From: an uncultured virus (IMG/VR IMGVR_UViG_3300035184_001342)
Lineage: Duplodnaviria > Heunggongvirae > Uroviricota > Caudoviricetes
IMG/VR virus record: IMGVR_UViG_3300035184_001342
Strand: one strand, 5' to 3'
Length of the DNA stretch: 64,000 nucleotides
This document shows, one piece after another, positions 28,443 through 37,429 of this stretch. The notes under the pieces are model-generated. The model was not told where the DNA came from. It did not search any database and worked only from the letters and a program-made list of their open reading frames with translations. The position numbers and the translations under genes were made by a program. How positions within the stretch are numbered: position 1 is the stretch's first letter; every line of letters begins with the position of its first letter.

Positions 28443-29133
28443 TATTCTTTTCCTTTGCCCAGTTGCGCTCTTGACACCAAAAACATTCTCCACACTCTGG
28501 AACTATTTGATTTGGAGTATACGTTGTGTAATCAATGTCAGCAAAATCGCCTTCACAGCTACGAGTAATATTTAATAAGTCGAGAATATTATGAGATACA
28601 TACTGAGCAATAATTTCATCTTTTTCAGTATACAAAAACGGATGACACACTGCAACTCCTTTGTGATCCTTTACTAATTCGTTAGGATCTTCAACTATAA
28701 TATCTCTATCTGGCATACCTTTTGTGATTGTAGGATCGCTTGGGTTTTTAGTTTTGCCGGCATACCAGGCATTAAGATTATGTGTTACTGCAATCCATTC
28801 AGCGTGAGCTCTTACAATAATTTGATCTCCGCTGCGTATTTGGCCATATTCATCTTCAATGTAAGCACCCTTGTCGCCGTACTCAAGATCAGGCGGAATA
28901 AAGTTTTCGTGTCTTACAAACTCTATATTCGGAAAGCGTTGCTGTAACCATTCAAAAACACGTATACTATCATAACGCTGCCACGGTCGTGTCTTCCACA
29001 TTCTTACGTGACTAAGAATATGCACTTTAGTATCTTTAATTTGTGAACATACTAGGTATGCTAATAACGCACTATCGGCCCCACCACTTAAACTAATGCC
29101 AATGTTTTTCCAATCTGCATTAAAGTGTATCAT
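28435..29133 (-). CDS. QueC-like PP-loop ATPase
   Basis: SLSGGADS PP-loop and a C-terminal Zn-type site TRSC..CGECFWCQER. Confidence 0.75.
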   Translation of the reverse strand: MIHFNADWKNIGISLSGGADSALLAYLVCSQIKDTKVHILSHVRMWKTRPWQRYDSIRVFEWLQQRFPNIEFVRHENFIPPDLEYGDKGAYIEDEYGQIRSGDQIIVRAHAEWIAVTHNLNAWYAGKTKNPSDPTITKGMPDRDIIVEDPNELVKDHKGVAVCHPFLYTEKDEIIAQYVSHNILDLLNITRSCEGDFADIDYTTYTPNQIVPECGECFWCQERNWAKEKNNV

Positions 29134-30197
29134 AATTCTACCTTTTGAATAAATTGATCTTTTGGTTTGCTAAGTTTGTTAACTCCGCAAGTTCTTGCAC
29201 AAGTAATTAATTTTTTCTCATTCCAATATTTGTCCCATACTAATTGCCAACTTGTAGAATTAATAATTTCTTTAATGGAATAATTTAATGCATTTGTATT
29301 ACCAAGATCGTAAATAAGATCGTTATATTGTAAATCAATTTGTCGTTTAATATCCTTTGCAATGTCATTAGGTGTTGAATAGTTGTAAGGGGTGCTTGCA
29401 AGAAAACAGCACGGCATAACTTTTTTATATGCGTCTATGTAAATTTCTTTTGTTTGTACAACGTAACAATCAATTTCACTTGCATCTAAAATATCTTGGT
29501 AGTTGTCAATTACATCTTGTGTAATAAGATTAATTTTGCTTCCAGTAGGAGGTTCTAAATAACGTACTGTGTTGCCGTCTGCATCATACACTGGAAATTT
29601 TTCAGTAGCAACAAATCGTGCGCTGTCTTTATATGTAAATCTAGCAAAGCCGTGTTCTTTTGCTAGTGCTTCACACGCAAGTTGTTGATGTTCGTTATGT
29701 TTAAATTTAATAAATGCCCATTCTGCTGTGCCGCCTGCTTGAATAAATGCTTTTGCATTTTCTAATACTTTGTTAAAGTCTGTACCAACACGATATAAAC
29801 TGTGCGTGTCTGCTAATCCGTCAATTGCAAAAATAACATTATGCGCCGGTGGCAATGCCTTTGCAAGTTTTTTCCACCAATCTTTACTTCGTGCGCCTCC
29901 ATTAGTGTGTATCCTAATATACAAATTAGGATTAACGCCTGTACTATATTCGCACATTTCTATTAGATCATTATTAATAATAGGATCGCCAAAGTTACCA
30001 CAAAAATAAAATCCTTGTAGTTGATACAACACTTCTTCACTTAATATATTTTTAAAGTCGTTAGTAGTCCAGTCTTGGTTTTTAATTAACGGATTTTCAA
30101 GACCTCCGTGAATATTTCTGCTGCACATTGGGCAACTTGCTTGACATCTATTTGTAATTTCTAGATGTATATTTTTTAATTCACTAAACCTAAACAT
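29130..30197 (-). CDS. radical SAM/SPASM-Twitch protein
   Basis: EITNRCQASCPMC, CGNFGDP, FAIDGL and C..IYIDA..VMPCC..CARTC. Confidence 0.88.
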   Translation of the reverse strand: MFRFSELKNIHLEITNRCQASCPMCSRNIHGGLENPLIKNQDWTTNDFKNILSEEVLYQLQGFYFCGNFGDPIINNDLIEMCEYSTGVNPNLYIRIHTNGGARSKDWWKKLAKALPPAHNVIFAIDGLADTHSLYRVGTDFNKVLENAKAFIQAGGTAEWAFIKFKHNEHQQLACEALAKEHGFARFTYKDSARFVATEKFPVYDADGNTVRYLEPPTGSKINLITQDVIDNYQDILDASEIDCYVVQTKEIYIDAYKKVMPCCFLASTPYNYSTPNDIAKDIKRQIDLQYNDLIYDLGNTNALNYSIKEIINSTSWQLVWDKYWNEKKLITCARTCGVNKLSKPKDQFIQKVEL

Positions 30198-30795
30198 TCT
30201 TTTTACCTATTAACATATAACGATCATACTTGAGTGTTTCTAATGTTTTACGCAAATAAGGATTAATGTTGCTCATACACACAAAATCCTCTAAATCCGT
30301 ACTGCATCTAATATGCTCGTCTAAGTTAAAATAGTTATTGCTCTGCAACACAATTGTAGCATTATTTGGTTGATTGTTCAACCATTTGTCATACTGTTCC
30401 TGTGTAATATGCTCACAACTGGTATTAATAACAACGTCAGCAGACTCATCTATAACTGTTGTCATATCTGCTGTTATTGCTGTAAACTTGCTTTGATCTA
30501 CGTAGCGTCTATTTACAGTGTTTGCTATATCTTCGCACACAGGGTCTATATCAACGCTTGTAATGCGTTGTATAGCAATGTTAGAGTTAAAGAGTATACT
30601 TGCCAGCACACCGTTCCAACCACCGTATATGACGATATTTAACGGTCTAACAGGTACAAATCCTATTAGGTTCTCAGCTAACCATACTTTACTGTTTACT
30701 TGGCCTTTCCAAAAACTTTCAAGTGTGCGATACCTATCATCACTGTCTCGAATAGCATCCATCCAAAATAATACGTCTTGTATATTAACTTTCAT
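30190..30795 (-). CDS. class I SAM-dependent methyltransferase-like protein
   Basis: VIYGGWNGVLA (motif I-like), VDID, ADM and VINTSCEH. Confidence 0.75.
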   Translation of the reverse strand: MKVNIQDVLFWMDAIRDSDDRYRTLESFWKGQVNSKVWLAENLIGFVPVRPLNIVIYGGWNGVLASILFNSNIAIQRITSVDIDPVCEDIANTVNRRYVDQSKFTAITADMTTVIDESADVVINTSCEHITQEQYDKWLNNQPNNATIVLQSNNYFNLDEHIRCSTDLEDFVCMSNINPYLRKTLETLKYDRYMLIGKKNV

Positions 30796-31789
30796 ACTTT
30801 ACCTTTGGAAGTTTACTATCTGCACTGCTTACACAACTAGGAGTAATGCACTTAGATGGTGCTTTAAACAGCTCAAACCCGCCGTCTAACGTGCCTAATG
30901 GTTCATCTTGGCAGCTATAACTGCGTTTTACTTCGTTTTCACGTATAACGCATCCTTGGTACCCTGCATTACAGGTCCAGCCTTTAAACTTGTTAAATCC
31001 AAACGCATTGAAGCGTTCTGCTTGATCTACGTAGTATTTTTTACCTTTATCATCTATAAGCTCTACACCTAATGTAGAAATTATTCCTTTAAAGGCTTCT
31101 GGGATTCTTTGAGGGAACCCTGTTTGCATTTTTTCGATTTGATCTTGCTGGTATCCGTGTACCACGAAACTGGCGGTAGGATCAGATTGGGGTTTGAGAG
31201 TAACATTAATGCCTCTGGCGGCAAATCGTTGTAAGCGTTCGTAAAGCTCTTGAAACATTTCAGGAACCATAACTTGATTGATCGTAACATATACTCCTCC
31301 TTTCATAAGCTGAAGACATTTATCTCCAAACTCTTGTTCATTAGCAAACTCTGCGTGATAGCTTGCTGTTATACTTCTACGTTGCAAAGCATTTGTTGAC
31401 TCTATCCATTTGTTCCACCATTTACTTCCAGGTGACAAGTTAGTTGTCATATGTATACTTTGATATTCGGGTGTTGCATCACTGCAATAATGATCTATAA
31501 TCTCCCCAAAGTATTTATATGCTGTAGGTTCTCCCCCACTAAAACTAAAGTGAAAGTCTGTAAAGCCGTTTGCACGAGCCTGCGCTTTGATACTGTCTAA
31601 TGTTTTAAGGTATACTTCTAATTTTTGATGATCAGGTGTACTTGACCTTGCATATGGCCAACAATAGCTACAATTGTAATTACAAAACCTAGCTAGTATC
31701 CAAGAGACTGTGAAGAGGTTGGTATTGAGCAGAGTCTTTTGCCCAAACTCTGTAATATTATTCCACGGTATTTTTTGAAAATCGTTCAT
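30785..31789 (-). CDS. radical SAM protein with C-terminal Twitch-like Cys cluster
   Basis: CNYNCSYC, FSGGEPT and FKGWTCNAG..CITPSC. Start set to 31789. Confidence 0.88.
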   Translation of the reverse strand: MNDFQKIPWNNITEFGQKTLLNTNLFTVSWILARFCNYNCSYCWPYARSSTPDHQKLEVYLKTLDSIKAQARANGFTDFHFSFSGGEPTAYKYFGEIIDHYCSDATPEYQSIHMTTNLSPGSKWWNKWIESTNALQRRSITASYHAEFANEQEFGDKCLQLMKGGVYVTINQVMVPEMFQELYERLQRFAARGINVTLKPQSDPTASFVVHGYQQDQIEKMQTGFPQRIPEAFKGIISTLGVELIDDKGKKYYVDQAERFNAFGFNKFKGWTCNAGYQGCVIRENEVKRSYSCQDEPLGTLDGGFELFKAPSKCITPSCVSSADSKLPKVKYES

Positions 31790-32435
31790 ATAACCAATCA
31801 AAGTCGTTTATTAATTGTAAATTAGGCTTGCTAGAAAGCCCAAACTCCCTGCCAGCGATAGCACCTTTAATACAGTATTCGCCGAACTGTTTGTCTTTTC
31901 CCACTGTTGTCCAAATTCTAAGTCTTTCATTTGTTTCCTCCTCGTTTTGTCTCTCTATAGTCTTACTTGCTAACTTAGCACATTCTCTAAATGCACTGCG
32001 CCAAGTTGAATATTCATCTGTATTAAATGCTGTAATATTTGATACCTCTGGCATTGCATTAAACTTGTCACTAATGCTAGTAGTCATATCTGTTTTTGTA
32101 ATATCCATCTTTAGTGTTAAATTTCTAGGAAATAATTTAATTCCTCCATATCCGTATTCAAGACTGTTTATAGGATTTCTACTTCTCCAAACGTGTACAG
32201 CATCCAGTGAGTATTTGTCAACTTCGTAACTAAAATCAAAGTCATCAACTATTTGAGCATCTGCATCAACAACCCAAATCATCTTAGTAAAGCATTTCTT
32301 TGCTGCCTTAATATGTGCTTGATGAATTCCTTTTACTCCGTCCACTCTTTTAGCCGTTGGAAACCTACTTTTTAACATATTCCAGTTATCTTCAGCATAT
32401 GCTTCATTATAACTGATAAAAACGATATCATACAT
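31758..32435 (-). CDS. GT-A fold glycosyltransferase-like protein
   Basis: DIVFISYNE, WVVDAD (DxD), YGYGGIKL and WRSAFRE. Paralog of 38805-39698. Confidence 0.7.
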   Translation of the reverse strand: MYDIVFISYNEAYAEDNWNMLKSRFPTAKRVDGVKGIHQAHIKAAKKCFTKMIWVVDADAQIVDDFDFSYEVDKYSLDAVHVWRSRNPINSLEYGYGGIKLFPRNLTLKMDITKTDMTTSISDKFNAMPEVSNITAFNTDEYSTWRSAFRECAKLASKTIERQNEEETNERLRIWTTVGKDKQFGEYCIKGAIAGREFGLSSKPNLQLINDFDWLYERFSKNTVE

Positions 32436-32441
32436 CTTGTA

Positions 32442-32470
32442 ATTATAACACCTTATACTATTATTGTCAA
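32442..32470 (-). promoter_or_regulatory. consensus sigma70 promoter, apparently leaderless
   Basis: Minus strand reads TTGACA-17 nt-TATAAT-tacaag-ATG(32435). TTGACA overlaps the upstream TGA stop. Confidence 0.85.
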
Positions 32471-33264
32471 GCTGGAGTTTGTAGATACGACCAAATTAGT
32501 GCTGCATTTCTTTTATTATCTTTTAGACCACAGTGTTGAAGATCTCTAGCAGTATTATGAAATAGCAATCTATGATCTGTGCTTGCGTGGTGTGCCGACT
32601 CGTCAAAAAACGAGCCATAAAATGTTCTAGTATCTTGCCACATATACTTAACTTGGTCTGTTTGTTGCATTGCTTTGATTACACTATGATTAGGGTGTTG
32701 CATATAACTTGTATATGCTGGATTAGTGTCGTCCCAAGGACCTACATAACTTACATCCTTTTCTCTGTATATACAAAATCTATGAAAATTTGTAAATAGG
32801 TTTACTACTGCCCAAGGCTTTGGATATTGTGAGTTAAGTATAAAATTATTCCACAAAGTAACATCGAGACCTGCACCCGGTGCTCCCATATTAATTACAG
32901 GTCGACCTGATTTTAAATGTAATTGATGTGTAATAGTTTCTGTATCATCAACACCTATACCTGCTACCATTGAACAACCAAAAACTACAATACTGTTTTT
33001 CCAATCAACTGTATCAAATTCGGGTGCCCTGTATCCTTGTGAGTTACAAGTGTATGTTAGTTGTTTATTAAAATAATGCCAATTAGGTCCTAGTGCTGTC
33101 TTGTTTTTCTTATACAGCTGGTAGGTATCTCCCATTGCAAAATGATTAGTAATTACTGAGCTGTCTCTATGATCTGGTAAGGTTATCCACCCTAACTGTT
33201 GAAACTTTTTTCTATCAAAATACCAAGGTAAATTTTTAGCCGATGACCACTTAAATGTTCCCAT
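32467..33264 (-). CDS. SGNH-like hydrolase or acyltransferase
   Basis: VFGCSMVAG, NMGAPGAG and a C-terminal DxxH (DLQH). Confidence 0.65.
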   Translation of the reverse strand: MGTFKWSSAKNLPWYFDRKKFQQLGWITLPDHRDSSVITNHFAMGDTYQLYKKNKTALGPNWHYFNKQLTYTCNSQGYRAPEFDTVDWKNSIVVFGCSMVAGIGVDDTETITHQLHLKSGRPVINMGAPGAGLDVTLWNNFILNSQYPKPWAVVNLFTNFHRFCIYREKDVSYVGPWDDTNPAYTSYMQHPNHSVIKAMQQTDQVKYMWQDTRTFYGSFFDESAHHASTDHRLLFHNTARDLQHCGLKDNKRNAALIWSYLQTPA

Positions 33265-34321
33265 TTTTATAAACGCCTTCTATTTTTTTATAAATTTCCT
33301 CTGCAAACAAATCGTGACCTTTAGCACTAGGATGGGCACAAACTGTTATCCAGTCATTAGGTGAGCCTTTTCCACTGTATTCCCAAAAATGAACTTGTTC
33401 ATTTTCTTGCTTAGTACACAACTGAGCAAACGTTAACTGATCCTGCGGCTTAAACATATCTTCCCACGGCCATTGTTCAACAATCTTAGTCATAGTATCT
33501 GAATACCCTGCATAATATTGTTTTTTACGAAGCAATGCTTCTTTCATTGAATTTTCGCCTGATCTAAAATGCCGTTGCAACACATTGTCACCATTTCTTA
33601 TGCAGATATCATTCAATCTCTGAATCATATTCTTTTTTGTATACCCTTCATCAAACGCTGGAGTAATAATTAATTTTGCTTTATGTGCCGTACACCAATT
33701 TTTTAGTTCAAGTGCAGTTGCAATAGTTTCAAGAACTGCTTGCTTCTCAGTGTATACACCATCAGCATAGGCATCCCATAATTGCTTTCGCGGACCTTGC
33801 AAATGGTCTTGATTTTTATGTGGCCATACTGTGTGAAACATATTATGCTCATCAAATACGTCATTTACAAAATCATATCTTTCCATACCACTAGGTGACC
33901 ACACAACTATAATTTCTTTCGCACGTTTTAATTGTAGCTCAGGCCAATAATATAAATTTCTTATCGATGCTCGATTGCCCCTTCCTCGAATACCAAAATT
34001 AATAGGTGTCCAAGAATTACCATAGTACTTGTTACATAAAACATTTACAAATGCATTCTTCTGTTCCATTTTTTCCCACTGAATTTCACCTTGTAAATTT
34101 GTGTATAACAACGGATTGGTTTTTAATAGTCTATCGCGTTCTTTTTTTGATAAATTAGCAGTCATTGGAATACCAACGTGGTCCATACTCCATTCAGAAG
34201 TTTCATATAGGTCTTGATCAATTGCTCCTTGGCCTTCAACAAAAGAACATCCAAAACTTATAATAGCTCGTTTAGTACGTTTTAAATCGTTATTAATTTT
34301 TTTAATTTGATGATGAAACAT
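33251..34321 (-). CDS. SGNH-like hydrolase or acyltransferase
   Basis: SFGCSFVEG, NFGIRGRGN and a C-terminal HPSAKGH. Confidence 0.65.
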   Translation of the reverse strand: MFHHQIKKINNDLKRTKRAIISFGCSFVEGQGAIDQDLYETSEWSMDHVGIPMTANLSKKERDRLLKTNPLLYTNLQGEIQWEKMEQKNAFVNVLCNKYYGNSWTPINFGIRGRGNRASIRNLYYWPELQLKRAKEIIVVWSPSGMERYDFVNDVFDEHNMFHTVWPHKNQDHLQGPRKQLWDAYADGVYTEKQAVLETIATALELKNWCTAHKAKLIITPAFDEGYTKKNMIQRLNDICIRNGDNVLQRHFRSGENSMKEALLRKKQYYAGYSDTMTKIVEQWPWEDMFKPQDQLTFAQLCTKQENEQVHFWEYSGKGSPNDWITVCAHPSAKGHDLFAEEIYKKIEGVYKNGNI

Positions 34322-35644
34322 TTATCTTCCTGTATAGTTTTTTAACGTATCAAATGCAATTGGCACTTCAGTTGAATTACGTTCTAGTATTTCAAAGTTA
34401 TGTTCTAAAATATCTCGCTGTCTACTAAACCAATCTAATTTTTCTGTATGTGACATACTTTTAATTTTTTTAATTTCTTTAAGAATAGCATCTAGTCTAT
34501 CCCACGTTTCTAATTTATCGTATGATTCGTCAATAAATCCATCAAATGTTTTGTATCCAATATCTTTTAGATAAGATAAACTATTTTTATTTCCGTATAT
34601 AATAAAAGGGTGTTGTGTAGCAATTGGTTTAAAAGACTTCTCACTAATAAAACAAGTACGTTCTGCAAAAGATGCTTCACTAACAACACTTACCCAAGAG
34701 TCTCTTACTTCTTGGTAATATAAATCTTGTTCAAAGTTTCCGCCTAACGGTCCTGTGAATGCTGTTTGTAATTGTTGGTCTAACTCTTTTCTAGGATACA
34801 TTGGCAACAGATGTTTATATTCATCATATTGAGATTGTTCTATTCGTTTACCTTCGTAGTATGAATCTCTAACTGTAAAATCATTCATACTATTAAGTCC
34901 GTCTTTTAGTAAATCATTATTGTATAAATGATGGAACATCCATATACGATGCGGGCGATTTCTTTTTTGAAAACAATTGTATGTTTTTATTAATTTTTTA
35001 TTTTTAGTTTTATATTCTAAATGATCACTAACTGTTGGAATTACTTTTCTTTGTTTCTTAGCGGCGTCCCACATATATTCGTCAAATTGTATGTGTGGAA
35101 TAACACACATTTTACTATTTGGCAAGTTTGTTTTGCACCATTCTTTATACTGTGTATCAACTGCAAGGTTGCCTGTTACATAGATAACTGCTGAGGGCGG
35201 AACATTATATTTTTGACAAGCATCGTGGAACCAGTCAAATAACCAATCGTTGTGATATCCTTCGTGACTTTGATCCATAAGTAAAAATGCTTTGCCTTTA
35301 CGCATTGCTGAAAGTATTTTTGGATCTAGGTAATAAAAAATTGTATTTCTTGGTTTCATATGCGAATCATAATCTTTGTCTAGATCAAGTGACCCACACC
35401 AATCAACCGGAGCGTGACCAACTCCTGTTGCTATAATATATTTGTCATAGCGTTTTCTTTTACTTAAAGAGTCAACAACTATAGTATCTCTATCAAAGTC
35501 TTTAAAGATCCATTTTAATTTCTTAAAACGTAAAATAGTTTCAACTAACGGACTTTTTGTAAATCTTCTAAACTGTGATGGATTAATATCGTCACAGTTA
35601 GTAATGTTTCTTCTTTGCGTCTCTTCTTGAAATAAAAAGTTCAT
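34322..35644 (-). CDS. possible glycosyltransferase (GT10/fucosyltransferase-like C-terminus)
   Basis: VVSE..FISEKSFKPI..PFIIYG..GYKTF resembles the GT10 signature. Start at 35644 by ATGA overlap. Confidence 0.55.
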   Translation of the reverse strand: MNFLFQEETQRRNITNCDDINPSQFRRFTKSPLVETILRFKKLKWIFKDFDRDTIVVDSLSKRKRYDKYIIATGVGHAPVDWCGSLDLDKDYDSHMKPRNTIFYYLDPKILSAMRKGKAFLLMDQSHEGYHNDWLFDWFHDACQKYNVPPSAVIYVTGNLAVDTQYKEWCKTNLPNSKMCVIPHIQFDEYMWDAAKKQRKVIPTVSDHLEYKTKNKKLIKTYNCFQKRNRPHRIWMFHHLYNNDLLKDGLNSMNDFTVRDSYYEGKRIEQSQYDEYKHLLPMYPRKELDQQLQTAFTGPLGGNFEQDLYYQEVRDSWVSVVSEASFAERTCFISEKSFKPIATQHPFIIYGNKNSLSYLKDIGYKTFDGFIDESYDKLETWDRLDAILKEIKKIKSMSHTEKLDWFSRQRDILEHNFEILERNSTEVPIAFDTLKNYTGR

Positions 35645-36408
35645 TTTCGATCCCATTCTTCTACATTTTTCCCTGACACTTTACTTCGTCTTTCAATCAA
35701 ATCTAAAATATCTTTATTATTTTTTTGTTCTTCAGTTGGTACAAACAATGCACGGTTTCTTTTATCTGCATCTTTAGGAGCAGGAGTAAGGTAATATACA
35801 GCAATACTATTTCGTGTTTTGTTATCTGGACAATTTACGTGTGTCGATAACCCGTGTAAACTATCTTGTGTTGTGTCAAAAATGATAGCACGATTAAACT
35901 GTGGAGAAATAGATGTGTTTAGTGTATGGTCTTTGTTCCATATACCAAAATCTCCTCCCCACGATTCGTTCCAGTCTGGCGTTAGGTATATCAACAAATT
36001 AAATTTACGTTGCAATCCTAATTTAGGATGAATACTATAATCTAGATGAGGATTAAGTTTACCGCCGTTTGGGTGTATATGTTGTCCGCCGCCGTGTAAT
36101 CCAGGGTCTGCAATTAATTCATCGCATCCTGTAAGCATACACATTTGGTCAACAAACTCTGGACTATTTAAATAGTGTAAAAGTTTATAAGTGTTGGGCA
36201 AAAATCTATCCCAGATATTACAAGTCTTTTTAAGTTCAATCTGATTAGTATAATTTCCATTATAATTTTTACTATCAAAGTCAGGAAATTCTTGTGCCAC
36301 ACTACGGGCACAATCATCTTCTAAAAAGTTTTCAATCACGCTGTAATTATAAGGCTCGGTAGTTTTAAAATTTTCAACGGACTGTAATAGTTGTTGAAAA
36401 TTAACCAT
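35641..36408 (-). CDS. 2OG-Fe(II) oxygenase (prolyl 4-hydroxylase-like)
   Basis: GGGQH..LNPHLDY, LLIYL..WGG, FNR, LHG and RNSIAVYY. Confidence 0.85.
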   Translation of the reverse strand: MVNFQQLLQSVENFKTTEPYNYSVIENFLEDDCARSVAQEFPDFDSKNYNGNYTNQIELKKTCNIWDRFLPNTYKLLHYLNSPEFVDQMCMLTGCDELIADPGLHGGGQHIHPNGGKLNPHLDYSIHPKLGLQRKFNLLIYLTPDWNESWGGDFGIWNKDHTLNTSISPQFNRAIIFDTTQDSLHGLSTHVNCPDNKTRNSIAVYYLTPAPKDADKRNRALFVPTEEQKNNKDILDLIERRSKVSGKNVEEWDRK

Positions 36409-37429
36409 TAACCAACCACCTATTGTTTTTCAATGTCCAGTCGATTACTTTTTCTAATTTATCATAAGCACTGCTGGGCTGCCATCCCATATCAGCCATC
36501 TTAGAACCATCTAGTGCATAACGCAAATCGTGTCCTGGACGACTACTATGAAAGTCTACCATTTCATAATTTAATGGTTTGCCTTGTGTGTCTGCAATAA
36601 ACTGTGCAAGTTCTAAGTTGTTAATTTCTGTACTACCTACAATATTAAATTTTTGACACTTTGCACCAGTTTCGTCTGGTCCTAACTTACTTAGATCGTA
36701 ATTGTATAAGAACATTAAAGCATCTGCAACATCTTCAGCGTGGATATAATGACGTGATCCTGCAATAGTTTTTTCAGCATTTGAATGTACTGTTACAAGT
36801 TCGTTGTCTCTTGCTTTCTTAATACACATTGGAATATATTTTTCTGCGTTTTGGCGTTCACCAAATACATTCATAGTATGTGTAATAATACTAGGAAGTC
36901 CGTAAGTATTTTCATATGCTACAACTAGCTCTTCGGCTCCCGCTTTTGAAGCACTGTATGGATTTGTACTGTTATATCTGTCATTTTCTTTATATTTTAT
37001 ATTGCCCGGTGCTGGCCCAAATATTTCATCTGTTGAAAAATAAGCAAACATATCTAGAGTATCAAGATTACGAGCATAATCAAGTAAATTTGCAGTACCT
37101 ACAACATTGTCTAGTACAAACTCCATAGGATATGTAATACTTCTATCTACGTGTGAACCGGCTGCAAGGTGTGCAATCATATCAACCTTACCAATCATTG
37201 CTCTGATTTGTGGGTTAAGTTCTGCTTTAAGGTCGTGATGTATTACACGTACTCGTTGTCTTTCTTTTTCCGGATGTTTTAACATTACTTCGTGTAATCT
37301 ATTTAAATTGCCACTATAATCTAATCTATCTAAGGTAACAATCCTCCAGTCAGTTTCTGTTAAAATTTTGTCAACTAAATGATGTGCAATAAAGCCTGCA
37401 CCGCCTGTTACTAATACTGTTTTGCTCAT
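36401..37429 (-). CDS. rfbB: dTDP-glucose 4,6-dehydratase-like NDP-sugar dehydratase
   Basis: VTGGAGFIA, HLAAGSHVDRSI, STDE, YSASK and RPGHDLRYA. Start at 37429 by ATGA overlap. Confidence 0.88.
   Translation of the reverse strand: MSKTVLVTGGAGFIAHHLVDKILTETDWRIVTLDRLDYSGNLNRLHEVMLKHPEKERQRVRVIHHDLKAELNPQIRAMIGKVDMIAHLAAGSHVDRSITYPMEFVLDNVVGTANLLDYARNLDTLDMFAYFSTDEIFGPAPGNIKYKENDRYNSTNPYSASKAGAEELVVAYENTYGLPSIITHTMNVFGERQNAEKYIPMCIKKARDNELVTVHSNAEKTIAGSRHYIHAEDVADALMFLYNYDLSKLGPDETGAKCQKFNIVGSTEINNLELAQFIADTQGKPLNYEMVDFHSSRPGHDLRYALDGSKMADMGWQPSSAYDKLEKVIDWTLKNNRWLVNG

Noticed and set aside
23077..31789. Viperin or QueE assignment for the CNxxCSYC radical SAMs
   Set aside because: Only generic rSAM motifs match. 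The C-terminal Cys clusters are not typical of viperin or QueE, and the call needs an HMM or phylogeny.
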